A stretch of 64,000 nt of DNA, taken from positions 13,516,001 to 13,580,000 of the forward strand of contig JBHGNT010000013.1 in NCBI GenBank assembly GCA_043228905.1. Reading direction: 5' to 3'. Positions 36,035 through 48,278 of the stretch are shown piece by piece (positions within the stretch are counted from its first letter, which is position 1; each line of letters begins with the position of its first letter). Source of the stretch: Azolla caroliniana. Taxonomy: Eukaryota > Plantae > Polypodiophyta. Both the position numbers and the translations under genes were made by a program. The notes beneath the pieces are model-generated. The model saw only the letters and a program-made list of their open reading frames with translations. It was not told the origin of the DNA and made no database searches.

Positions 36035-38945
36035 TACTCCCCCTCTTTAAAACATTGCACTCTTGCAATGGAAAGTTAGGGAAGTTAGTTCTGAGAATAT
36101 TTTCGCGTTCCCATGTGGCATCTTTTATTGATTTATCCATCCATTTTATTTTAAATTCTTGGATTTCTTTAGTACGTAATTTTTTTGTTTTAACATCGAG
36201 AATTCTTTCTGGTACATGTGGTTTAGAAGATAATTCTTTAGAAGTAACCAGAGTTTCAGTTGTAACTGTATTGTCGCCAGAACCTAGAAGTTCTTTTAGA
36301 CGACTCACATGAAAAACTGGATGAATTTCAACACCATCGGGAAGAGCGAGACGATAGGTTGATGACCCAATGTGTTTGAGGACTGTAAAAGGTCCACATT
36401 GTCTTAGAATTGTGAGGTACACGTAAAAATACCTTCTGTCCAGGGTTGTATACACGAGGTTGCCTATGATGATCGACATAAAAACGTGCTCTATCTTGAG
36501 TTGTTTTTATATTATCTCGTGCAATATGCAACATATCTTGCATATCCTGAAGAAAGTTTTGCGTACTTTGCAACTCATCATGATGTATATTAACATCAAT
36601 CGGGGCTCGTGGCTGAAAACCAGACATCAACATAAAAGGACTATATCTCGTCAACGTATGCTTGGAGCTGTTATAAGCAAACTCCAAAATTGGGAGATGA
36701 CGTTCCCATTTTGTTGGTTTTGCACCAACGTATGGTCGAAGCTTTCCTCAATAATTTGATTTACTCGTTCTGTTTGTCCATCGGACTGAGGATGATTCGT
36801 GGAGCTCATGCTCAATGTAGTTTCTAATTTCTTAAAGACTTGCGTCCAGAAGTCACTAGTAAACTTTGGATCTCGATCACTCACGATATCCATCAGTAAC
36901 CCATAAAAACGAAATAACTCATCAATGAATTGGTAAGCCAATTCAGGAGTTGTTATTGTGGTTTTAGTAGCAATAAATCTGGCCATTTTAGTTAGTTTGT
37001 CAACCACAACCCAGATGGCATCATGACCTTTTTGGGTGCGAGGAAGGCTAACAATAAAATCCATGGATATACTTTCCCACTTATTATTGGGAATGTCCAA
37101 GGGATGTAAAAGTCCTGCGGCTTTAAGTCTCTCGGCTTTGTTAACCTGACATTGGTGACATTTAGTCACATAACTATGTATGTCAGGGCGCATCTTAGGC
37201 CAATAGAATTGAGTGGAGATGAGAACGAGTATATGATGTATTCCAGGGTGCCCTGGTGAGGGGGCATCATGGCATTCAAAAAGAATCCTCTTTTTGACCT
37301 CAGGCAAATTTGGAACACAAACCTTCCCATTACGGTAGAGCAGACCGTTAGTAATGTGGAAGTATTCCTTCAAGGATGTGGTGGTGTCTATTCCAGACTC
37401 AACTCTTGCCCAGTATTTTGCAAAATAACTGTCATCAGGATACTTTCCTCGAAGGTGATCATAAAGATCTGATGATATTTCAGTGAAGCTAAGCATGTTA
37501 ACTTCACGGATGCGACTTAGTGCATCAGCGACAATGTTCATGGAACCTTTACGATATCGTATGGAAAAATCAAAGTCCTGGATGAGATTAGCCCATCGTG
37601 CCTTACGACCTTTCAGGTCTTGTTGGTCACAAAAATATTTCAAGGACTCGTGGTCCGTAGTTACTACAAAGCGATTTCCATAAAGATAATGGCACCATGT
37701 TTTGAGCGCATGTATAACTGCAAATAATTCATTTTCTTGAATGGTATACCGACATTGAGCAGAATCAAGTTTGTTACTCTCGAATGCTATTGCTTTACCA
37801 TCTTGATATAAGACAACACCTATAGCATAATCGCTTGCATCGGTTTCAACCTCAAAAGGTTTTGAAGGATCAAGTAAAAGAAGTGAAGGAGCCTTGCACA
37901 CTAGGTCCTTGAGTTCCTTAAAGGCGAGGTCTAGTGTAGCATTTCGGACAATAGGTTTTGCAGACTTACGTGTTTGACCTTTTAGAAGATCAGTAAACGG
38001 CGTCGTCAATTGGGAGTAATTACGAAGGGATTTTTGCAAAAACCTGACAAAACCAAGGAATGATCGAAGTTCTCGAATATTCCGAAGAGTGGGCCAAAGC
38101 TTGATTTTCTCGATGCGAGAAGGATCAATTTCAACTCCTCGTTCAGTTATGAGATGTCCAAGATAAGTAATTGATTTCTTGAAGAACTCACATTTTGAGA
38201 TCTTCACATAAAATTGTTTGTCATGCAATGTTTGTAAAACAAAGCGGACATGTTTAGCATGTTCTTGTAATGTACGGCTATAAACTAAAATATCATCCAA
38301 GAAAATAACGACAAATTTTCCAAGTTGTTCTCGGAAAATGTCATTCATTTCTTGTTGAAATGCAGCGGGAGCATTGGTCAAACCAAAAGGCATAACCAAA
38401 AACTCATAATTATGGCCATAGCGCGTATGAAATGCCATTTTCGGAACATCGTCCTCACTTATACGAATTTGATGGTAGCCAGTACAGAGATCAAGTTTCG
38501 TAAAATACTGAGCTCCTTGGAAACGATCAATTAGATCGTCAGCTCGGGGCAATGGATACGAATTCTTGATCGTCACTTTATTCAAGCGTCGGTAATTAAT
38601 ACACATACGCCATGTGCCCTCTTTCTTTTTAACCAAGAGAACTGGTGCACCCCATGGAGATTTACTATAACGTATATAACCCATTCGCAAATAGTCCTTG
38701 AGTTGCTTAGATACCTCATCCTCTTCGGATCGACTTAATCGATAAGGAGGTGTAGTTATTGGTGCAACACCAGGTACAATATTTATACGATGATCTATAT
38801 TATGTTTAGGAGGTAACCCATGTGGTAGTTCACTCGGAAAAACATCACGAAAATCATTTAAGATTTCATCAAGTTGTTGTTGTTCAAAATATGTTAATTG
38901 AACCGAGACATTATCGATATTGTAAATGTGAATGTCCGGATCAAG
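36021..38945 (-). pseudogene. pol: Chromovirus pol (RT-RH-IN-chromodomain)
   Basis: [62 protein letters not shown]. Confidence 0.92.
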
Positions 38946-39410
38946 TGTTACTCCTTAGGGCCCGACAATAGCCTAACATAGCCCGGTGTCTATAGAAGAC
39001 ACTTTACCAAAAGGTGTTACGGTGAAACAGAGTTAGACCAACGATTAATCAGACCTTAATCGGTTACTTAAGCAACATATCCTTAATCTTAATACACGCG
39101 TAAGATAGAAAGTAATTAGCACATAATGGTAATCAATACACAGAGATAAGTCACTATAGCTTTATTAATTATCCATCGTCATTTACAATGTAACCGGGCC
39201 TCTTTATAGATCACCGGCTCTGCCTACAAAACGGTGCCAACCGGCGCACTAATATGAACCTGTCCGGATCCGGATCGGCATACCGATTTCGGTCGGTCCG
39301 TTCACTTCTCTAAAATCTACTTAATTACTTAATATCCTAATAACAACCTCCGATTATTTCTACCCTTTCATATTCTGGACTGTCCTCCACTCCTTGCCGG
39401 TTGGCTAACA
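38946..39410 (-). repeat. 3' LTR of the large Gypsy
   Basis: Matches 53951-54412 with several percent divergence. Confidence 0.93.
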
Positions 39411-39412
39411 CA

Positions 39413-39429
39413 TGGCACGCCCGTGGGAC
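39413..39429 (+). promoter_or_regulatory. Second PBS-like site (tRNA-Arg type) at the PPT position, opposite orientation
   Basis: TGGCACGCCCGTGGGAC lies 2 nt from the LTR and no purine tract is present. Confidence 0.65.
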
Positions 39430-39463
39430 AGTACCTTGTACGTCGAATCCCACTATCCGGCCT

Positions 39464-42400
39464 TCAATCCTCATCCAAAATGTCTAGAATGCTCTGATCG
39501 AGGGGCTCTAAGGGTTCTTTGGAAGGCTGATCGGACTACTGTTGTTGCTCCTCCTACGACTGCTCTGTTGGTTGTGACCGTTGCTCCAACTGCTGCTCCG
39601 TTAGCTATTGTTGTGATTCTTGTTGTTGCGCGGCCTGCAGCTCTTCTGGGCATTGCTCCTCTGATGGATGTTGCGCCGCTCCTGGTGTCGGTGGTTGTTA
39701 TGGGTTTTCCTCCCTTGGCTGCTCCGCCTGAGTTACATCCGGTTGGCTTGTCCCGACCGTGGCTCTATTCGTCCCGTGCTCCAATGATGGCTCTTCATCA
39801 CTGAGATTGATTGTTGTCGTGCTCTTCGTCGCCTCTTGCCGTAGCCTCTCCTTTTTGTAACTTTCAAACTGGATTCGGTTATCCTACCGATCATCGTCCA
39901 GTTGTGCCACGAGTTGCCGGACCATCGTTATCTATTCCTCAGCCAACGCTATGAAGTCCTCCGCCAATTCATCTTTCACGGCAGCAAAGTCTTCCTTTTC
40001 CAGCTTATAGAACTCATCGCCTTCTTTCTGCCATTTTTCTGCGTTCGCCCTCAGCAACTGTAGCTCGGCCGCATGCTTTGCCCACTTTGACCACCATAAT
40101 ACTGAGTTGTCTTCAATCAAATGCTTCGTTCGATTCTTCCATGCATGTACAATGCATCGGATCCGCTCCAGCCCCATCTTTGATTTGTTTTCAGCGGCCT
40201 GCCGGTCATCTTTCAACTGTTTGATCAGATTCGCCGTCACCACCTCCTGGTCCTTGTAGCGCACCAGTTGATTCTGATACATTGTATGCACTCTTTGTAA
40301 GACCATGGTAGCGCGTTCTGTTTCCGCCTGATGTTGCATTTGGAGCTCCATGTGTTCCTTCGCCGCTTCAGCTCGTATGGTTTCCTTTTCAGCCCGTTCT
40401 TCCGCTAGTGCCGTCTTTGCTCGTTGCACTTCATTCCGGAGCTCGAACATCTTCTCCTGCTGCCAGTCACTGTCAGTGATGAGCTTCTTGTATTCCAACT
40501 CAACATGTTTATAATCCCGGTGCAGGCGGTCAAACTCTTCTGATTTCAGCTTAAGCTTCTGATTGATCTAGCGGCGAGCTCGGTCTTCCCTATCCTTTTG
40601 CTGCCGAAGTTCTTCTTTGAGTCTCTTGATCTCCGTTTCCGCCATCCATCGGAGTTTATCCTTCTCTTGCAACACCTTTTCTTTCTCTTCCTTAAGCCAG
40701 TCATAGGCTTGGTGTCCCTTTCGCAGACTTTCTTCTGCTCGTCGGAGATTGCTAGCAGTCTTCCGTTGTTCCTCCTCTGCCGCCATTTTTAATTCTCTTT
40801 CCCTAGCCCGTAATGCTTCCTATACGGCCAGGTCTTCTTTGAGAACGGCAAGCTCTTGCGCATGCACTGTAATTATATCTGGGTTTGTTCCCGGCACCGG
40901 GGTCGTATTATTATGTTTAGTTGCCGGTGTTTCATTATTCTGTACATGTACCGGAGCCACTGGTTCTTGTTCCTGGGGTCCTGTGATGACCTTCTTAGCC
41001 AGTTCTTCCTTGGCGATTTCCACTTCTTGTTCCAAGCTCCGGATCCTTGACCGGGCCTTCTCTAGTTCTCCGGTTGTGGCTAGCAACCGGTCCACTTGTG
41101 CTTTCTCCTCTGCCTCCATATAATGGACCACTTTGGCTATTTGCTCACTAATCCACCGTAGCCATTGGCTCCTGGTGCCTAGTGGCTGTGTCGGCGTGGA
41201 GGGTTGGCCGATTTTTGTGCTTGCCACTGTCCGATCTTGTCTGGTTGACAACTCTGGCTCTAGTTGGGTACCACTTGGCAGGACTGGCTTTGTTTGTGCT
41301 TGAGTCGATCGTTCTAGCTCTGGTTGGTCCATCTGTGCCGGTGATGTAGGCAACTAAATCACCGGCTCTTGAATCACGGGTCTTGTCATGCTCTGACCCG
41401 CAGGCGGAGCCTACGGCGCAAGGACTTCTGTCCTTGGATCTGTTTGAACCGGTTCCGCCTCCACCCTTGCCTTTGGGCCTTCAGTGCGGGGTATCGGCGT
41501 CCTATCCTTTTCTGGACCCGATTGCTTCCCGGCATGGTCTGTAGTGCTCTTCTTCTGGCGCCGCTGGAGGTGCTCATTGGGCTCCTCCGCCGTTTCCTCC
41601 TCATGAGTCCCAAGATTGATTTTCATGGCCAAGGGATCTGGCTCCTGTTGACCCGGTCGGCGAAATGTAATTTTTATTGGTCGTGCCGGTGTTGCCTCCT
41701 GCGTCTCCGCCTGACTAGGCCGCTCGTTCGCCGTTTTCTCAGTGTCGGCCTCCTTCCCCTTGGTTGCCTTAGCAGCCAATAGCTGTTGCCGTTTCGAAGC
41801 CGGTTTGGAGGTTCCTTCGGCTATTCTTCCCCGCTTCTTTGCCGTGTTGCGCTCCACTAGTGGTGCTAACAGTGTGAGCCATTGCGCCATCGCCGACCAT
41901 ATTTTCCTTCCATCCTTCCCTTTGACCAAGTCGATGGCCGCGCGCAGTCTGTCGGCGATCAGTACCGACCAATCCACCTGTGTACCTTCATATGTGGCGA
42001 TAATTAACCCGGCTCTGTTCCTAGGCATTGCCAGGGGTCGAGGGTACACATGGCCATACTGATGCAGTACACGAGCAATCTCCTGAAATAAGCCATCCTC
42101 GCTGCCATGTGTGCGATAGGCCTTGCTGGCCAGGGAATACTCACTGAAGTATTTCGTGAGCTGCTTCGGGGTAGGGTTGTTGACGGTGAAGATGCCGCCC
42201 TCGGGTAGGCCCGTTAGGGCACGGATGGCCTCCTCTATGATTACTTCTGTGTCGATGGCTTTGACAACCCTTTCCGCCTCTTTGTGTGGTGGTGCCTCCA
42301 TGATACTCAAGAATCCTTCCAATCCGTGTTGCTTTAACCACTTCTTGGCTGCCTTAGAGAGCATCATGCAGTCCATTTCTACTTTTGAATTGATGGTTGC

Positions 42401-42530
42401 TAGTGAGGTAGGTGCGTTAGGGGGCTCTGGGTGCTCTCGTCTGATTATCTTCAATCGCTTGTGTGCATTTTCAATTCTCTATTCGCGAAATGAGAAGGCC
42501 TCCATGCGGTGTAGGTTTTCTTTCAGCATG
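39464..42530 (-). pseudogene. Extra ORF of about 1000 codons: conserved-looking N-terminal domain, long coiled coil, Q/E-rich tail
   Basis: ORF pieces 41411-42454, 40820-41353, 40568-40786 and 39932-40498 plus a Q/E tail, mostly separated by single TAG/TAA codons. Confidence 0.7.
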
Positions 42531-45226
42531 TTCGCGCCTTTCTCGATTCTTGTGCATGCGAACGTCGTGTACTATAATGGCAATGAAGTGCCACATGGCG
42601 GCGTTTTAATGCACTATAAATAGCCCACTACTTGGCTTTTCAAAGTGCCCGTTCACCCCTCCTTTTCATTGCATGTGGCCGTTCGCTCCTCGCCATCGCA
42701 TAGTTTGGGTTTGATTGGATTTGATTTGATTTGATTTTTATTTATTTTAATTCGATCTTGTTAATATGTATCTGGCCCAAAAGGACCCTTCTCCGGATTG
42801 TGCTTGCTGATTGCATGACCGGTTATCGTCTCGTCGTGCTTACTGGTGTCCGGTGCGGTGTCAGCCTTTGTCTGCTCAAACGGGTTCCTTGGCATGGGTC
42901 CATAGTATGGTTTGAGTCGAAACCCATTCACCCATTTACCCATAACTTCACCGACGAGTGTCCCTAGCTGCTAAGAACCGTTGAACTCCCGTGTAATCCA
43001 ATATGGTTCGGTCCACCGAAACCGTAGCTTCCCCGGCATCTTACCCATCTGGGTCTGGAATACAAGTACTGGCTTGCCGATGCCAAACCTTTTTTCGTTA
43101 CCCTTCTGGTGTCGATCGACGAACTCTTTCCTTCGCCATTGCTCCAGTTCCATGTGCATCAGGCTGGCTATCCGGTGTTCCTCTAGTTCGCATAGTGCTG
43201 CTAGCCGGATGGTTTCTGACTCCTTCTCGTTCAGGCATTCCCTAACCTGTAACCGCAAACTAGGAACCTAGAATTAGATCGGCATTACTGCTTCCAATCC
43301 GAATGCCAATCGGAAAGGCGTTGTCCGGATACTTGTTTTACATGCTGTTCGGTAGGCCCAAAGTGCACTCTGCAGCTTTGTATCCCAATCCATCCGATTC
43401 TCATTGACGATTTTCCGGAGGATATTTTGTAGTGTGTTATTTGTGGATTCGGCTAATCCGTTGGCTTGCGGATAATACGGAGTGCTCCGCTTGTGTACCA
43501 CCGCATAGAATGTCGTCAAGCTTTCCAACACTTGTCCTAGGAAATGCCCACCTTGATCGTTGATTAGCTCGATCGGACATCCATACCGGCACCAGATATA
43601 TTCATATAAAAACTTTGCCGTGGATGCTGCGGTATTGTCACGTAGTGCTTTGGCCTCCACCCACTTGGTGCAGTAGTCCGTAGCAACAATCACGTATCGG
43701 TTGCCGGTTCTCACTGCTGGTGGTTTAAATGGGCCGACGAAGTCCATCCCCCATTTCTGAAATGGTTCCAATGGCAGTACCGGTTGGTGAGACATTCTTG
43801 CCTGTTTCGTTGGTTGGCCCATCCGTTGACACAAATCGCATTCTTTAGCATACCGGACGACATCTTTTAATGTTGTTGGCCACCATAGGCCACTCTACCA
43901 TATTTTCCTTGCCGTAGTGTCCCCAGCATAATGCCCTCCGGCAACCCCGCAATGTGCTTCACGCAGTATTTGGTCTTTTTCGTCGTTGCACACCGCATGC
44001 CGCCATATGCCATCCGCGCCTTTATGGTACAGTGTGTCCTGTAGTAGGTAGAAGTGCCGGTTTTGTACTGCTAATCTTTACCGCTCGTCTCAGTTCATCT
44101 CCTCTTGAGGTAATCCAGTGCTCAGGAATTGGTGCATGTTAGTGAGCCACTTGTCCTCCTTGGCGATCGTACCATTTGTTGTCGTTTCGGCTGTGACCCT
44201 AAACAAGTCTGCATCCGGAAATTCGTCTACGACCCCGTCACCGGTTTCTCCGGAGTCTAACCGGCTGAAATAATCCGCAACCGCATGTTGTATGCCTGGC
44301 TGGTGGAATATCTCGAACTCAAATTCCTATAATAATAGCTAGCGTCCACCGGGCGAGCTTTCGCGTGAGTGATGCTTTCGAGACCAAGTAAAGTAGCGCC
44401 GAATGATCTACATGAAAGGAAAATTTCCTCCCCAACAGACAGTGTCGGAACTTGGTGATGCTATAGATCATGGCCAAGGCTTCTCTTTCCGTCGTAGAGT
44501 AATTCCGTTCCGCCTGGGACAACTTACGGCTGGCATAATACACGGGCCGGTACCACTTGGGTTCGGTAAGTTGCATTAATGCACTCCCTATTTGTTAGAA
44601 ATTGACGCTTTCAAAACCTTCACCTCTCGGCCACAACCGAGGAAACACGAATCAATGCAGCAGAAAACGAAAACACAGAGAGAGAGAGACTCGAATGCAC
44701 AGGGTTTAGCGTGGAAAACCCTAGACGGGAAAAAACCACGGGAGTGCAAGACTCCAACTATCACTATACGCAGGGAATGTACAATGGCGAGCTGCAAGGC
44801 GACGACCTTGAGCTCGCTGTCCTCGCCACAGGCGGCGGTATTACACAGAGGCGTCGACCTCTTCCTCTCTCTCTCTCTGCTGCTCTCACTTCGCTCCCTC
44901 TCAGTGGAAAACAGAAAAATGAGTAACAGACACAAAATTGTTTGCCCTAAGTCATATTTATACACATATGACTTTTGGGCTATTTACAAATATAGCCTCA
45001 AGGGCCCTTGGCAAACATATTCACAAATATGTCCCCACATCCGGATCTCTCTCCGGGTACATTCGTCATCCGGCTCCGTAGCCGGGGTCTTCATCATCCG
45101 GATCCGGAACCGGGTCTTCATCATCCGGCTCCGATACCGGGTACTCCTCATTCGGGTCTTCATTCCCGATTCCCGGACATCCGACCATCCCATCCGAAGG
45201 GACCGTAATCCCAACAAACTCCCCCT

Positions 45227-48200
45227 TCACTTCGGCATGGGATGTCTTTCCAGTCCGACCCTCTTCCGGCACGCTTCCAGCTTGTCGGGTGTGAGCACTT
45301 TGGTCAACATATCTGACCCGTTCTCGTCCGTGTGGATCTTCTTCAGCACGAACTCCTGGTCTTCTATCCTTTCCCGGATCCAGTGATATCTTCGCCGGAT
45401 GTGCTTTGTCCGGGAGTGATAGGCCGCGTTCTTCGCAAGGTGGATGGCACTCTGACTGTCGCAGTAGAGTCGGTACTCCTCCTGCCGGATACCGAGCTCT
45501 CTAATGAAGTCCTTCATCCATATTATTTCCTTGCCGGCTTCAACAACCGCCATGTACTCCGCCTCCGTGGTTGACAACGCAACCGTTTTCTGCAGCCTCG
45601 ACTGCCACGAAACAGCTCCCCCTGCATACGTCATCACATACCCTGATGTGGACCGGCTGGTATCTGCATCAGCCGACATATCCGAATCGGTAAAGCCGTC
45701 GAGTTCGGGCTTACCGGAGCCGAATCGGAGGCACACGTTTGCCGTGCCCTTCAGGTATCGGAGTATCCACTTGGCCGCGTTCCAGTGCTCTTTGCCGGGA
45801 TTGCTCATGTACCGGCTCACCACTCCGACTGCATATCCTATGTCCGGTCTGGTACACACCATTGCGTACATCAAGCTTCCGACGGCAGAGGCATATGGTA
45901 CTTTCATCATGTCCTCCTTCTCAGCCTTTGTCTTGGGGCTTTGCTTGCTGGACAACTTGCAGTTTGCCGGGAGGGTTGACCCGACCGGTCTTGCTTCCGA
46001 CATGTTGAACCGGTGAAGCACCTTTGTCACGTACTTCTCCTGTGACAACCACAACTGCTTCTTCTTCCGGTCCCGGATGATGTGCATCCCTAGTATTTGC
46101 CTCGCCGGACCCAGGTCCTTCATTGAGAAGGTTCGGTGAAGCGCTTTCTTCAGCATCCATATCTTGACCTGGTCCCGTCCGACGATCAACATGTCGTCCA
46201 CGTACAGGAGGAGTATTAGAAAGTCTCCTCCTTCGAACTTCTTCACAAACACGCAGTGATCGGACTGTGTTTTGTGGTACCCTTTGTCGGTCATGAAGGA
46301 GTCGAACTTCCGGTACCACTGCCGGGGAGCCTGCTTCAGTCCGTAAAGGCTCTTCTTCAACCGGCATACCAGGTGCTCCTTCCCTTTCTTCTCGAATCCT
46401 TCTGGTTGCTGCATGTAGATCTCTTCTTCGAGGTCACCGTGAAGGAATGTCGTCTTCACGTCCATCTGTTCTACCTCGAGGTCCATGCTTGCCGCTATGC
46501 TCAGCACCGTCCGGATGGAGGTCATCTTCACTACCGGGGCAAATATCTCGTCGAAGTCGACGCCCTTCTTCTGCTGGAACCCCTTCACCACGATCCTGGC
46601 TTTGTATCTCGGGGGGTTTCCGGCATCTCCCGGTTTCAGCTTGAACACCCACTTGTTTCGAAGTGCCCGCTTTCCTTTCGGCAACTCCACAAGTTCATAT
46701 GTGTGGTTCTCATGCAGGGAATCCATCTCCTCCTGCATGGCACTTAACCACCTGCGGCTATGGGTGTCAAGCTTTGCTTCTTCAAAACTCTCCGGCTCCC
46801 CCTCGTCGGTTAGCAGCACGTGCTCTGGTTCCGGAAATCTCCGGGGGGCCCTTCTCTCTCTTAGAGGATATCTCCGTTCCGGAGCTTCGGTAACCGGCTC
46901 CTCCGTTTCCTCTTCATCCGAATCCATTTCGGGATCGGGGCCGGTTCCGGTATCAGTTTCATCTTCCTCGGCCGGTTCTGTTTCTTCACCGTCTTCGGCC
47001 GGATCCTCGAGTGCTAACCGGTCCCTTGCCGGTCGGGACTGCTCCTCGTAGAGTTGATCCTCACCGGTCGACTTGGAGCTCTTCATCTTCCTCTCCGATT
47101 CCCAGTCGGCGAGTGTTTTGTCCTCCATGAAGATGATATCACGACTCCGGAATATCTTTTTGTCGACCGGGTCCCATACTCGGTAGCCGAACTCGTCATC
47201 GCCGTAACCGAGGAATATGCATGGCCGGATCTTTGGATCTAGCTTTCCTCTCCGGTCCTTTGCCACATGCACATATGCGAGACACCCGAACACCTTCAGA
47301 TGCCGGTAGGATACTTCCCTACCGGTCCACACTCTCTGCGGCGTGTCTCCGTCCAATGGTACTGAGGGTGATCTGTTTATCACGTATGTCGCCGTCGACA
47401 TTGCCTCAGCCCAAAACCCCTTGGGTAATTTCGCATGCGCCAGCATGCTCCGGACCCTCTCCATTATGGTCCGGTTCATCCTCTCGGCCAGCCCGTTCAG
47501 TTCCGGCGTCTTCGGCACAGTAAACTCGAGCCGGATTCCCTTCGAGCGACAATACTCCTCGAACTGCCCCCGGTATTCCCCTCCGTTATCCGCTCGTATC
47601 GCTTTCAGCTTCTTGCCGGATTCCCTTTCCACTCTTGCGTGGAGTTCTTTGAAGACGCACAACACTTGGTCCTTTGTCTTCAACGGTGCCATCCACAGCT
47701 TCCGGCTGTGGTCATCACTGAATGTCACGAAGTACTGGGCTCCGCCATGTGACTTCGTTTCTACTTGACACACGTCAGTGTGCACCAACTCCAATGGTGC
47801 GCTACATCTCGTCGGTGGCCTTGAGTGGAAGGAGGTTCGGTTCTGCTTACCGGCCAGGCAATCGGTGCACTTCTCCAGCTGCACATGCTTCACTGGAATA
47901 AGGCTGTCTTCTGCAAGCCTCTTCATCCCCCTCTCACTCATGTGGCACAGTCTCTTGTGCCACAGCTCACCGGCAGTGTCGGCTGCCACGTTCAACTCCT
48001 CCGGACACAACCAGGCATTCATAAGGTACAGTGTGTTGACTTTCCGGGCCCGAGCCACTATCAGGCTCCCCTTGCTGAACTTCATTACGCCGTTCCGGAT
48101 GCTACCTGTGTAGCCTTCATCGTCTAGCCTCCCGGCCGAAATCAGGTTCAATCGAACCTCCGGAACGTGTCGGACATCCTTCAACAACATTTTGCCTCCG

Positions 48201-48262
48201 GTCGAGGTTGTCAACCACACGTCTCCTATGTCGGCAATCCGGCACGTACCTTCATTTCCCAT
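45227..48262 (-). CDS. pol: Copia-4 pol (PR tail-IN-RT-RH), uninterrupted 1011-aa frame
   Basis: LWHKRLCHMS, TPELNGLAER, LYVDDM, SRTKHI. Separated from gag only by a 7-bp duplication. Confidence 0.93.
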   Translation of the reverse strand: MGNEGTCRIADIGDVWLTTSTGGKMLLKDVRHVPEVRLNLISAGRLDDEGYTGSIRNGVMKFSKGSLIVARARKVNTLYLMNAWLCPEELNVAADTAGELWHKRLCHMSERGMKRLAEDSLIPVKHVQLEKCTDCLAGKQNRTSFHSRPPTRCSAPLELVHTDVCQVETKSHGGAQYFVTFSDDHSRKLWMAPLKTKDQVLCVFKELHARVERESGKKLKAIRADNGGEYRGQFEEYCRSKGIRLEFTVPKTPELNGLAERMNRTIMERVRSMLAHAKLPKGFWAEAMSTATYVINRSPSVPLDGDTPQRVWTGREVSYRHLKVFGCLAYVHVAKDRRGKLDPKIRPCIFLGYGDDEFGYRVWDPVDKKIFRSRDIIFMEDKTLADWESERKMKSSKSTGEDQLYEEQSRPARDRLALEDPAEDGEETEPAEEDETDTGTGPDPEMDSDEEETEEPVTEAPERRYPLRERRAPRRFPEPEHVLLTDEGEPESFEEAKLDTHSRRWLSAMQEEMDSLHENHTYELVELPKGKRALRNKWVFKLKPGDAGNPPRYKARIVVKGFQQKKGVDFDEIFAPVVKMTSIRTVLSIAASMDLEVEQMDVKTTFLHGDLEEEIYMQQPEGFEKKGKEHLVCRLKKSLYGLKQAPRQWYRKFDSFMTDKGYHKTQSDHCVFVKKFEGGDFLILLLYVDDMLIVGRDQVKIWMLKKALHRTFSMKDLGPARQILGMHIIRDRKKKQLWLSQEKYVTKVLHRFNMSEARPVGSTLPANCKLSSKQSPKTKAEKEDMMKVPYASAVGSLMYAMVCTRPDIGYAVGVVSRYMSNPGKEHWNAAKWILRYLKGTANVCLRFGSGKPELDGFTDSDMSADADTSRSTSGYVMTYAGGAVSWQSRLQKTVALSTTEAEYMAVVEAGKEIIWMKDFIRELGIRQEEYRLYCDSQSAIHLAKNAAYHSRTKHIRRRYHWIRERIEDQEFVLKKIHTDENGSDMLTKVLTPDKLEACRKRVGLERHPMPK

Positions 48263-48278
48263 CCGAACACAGCCATGC

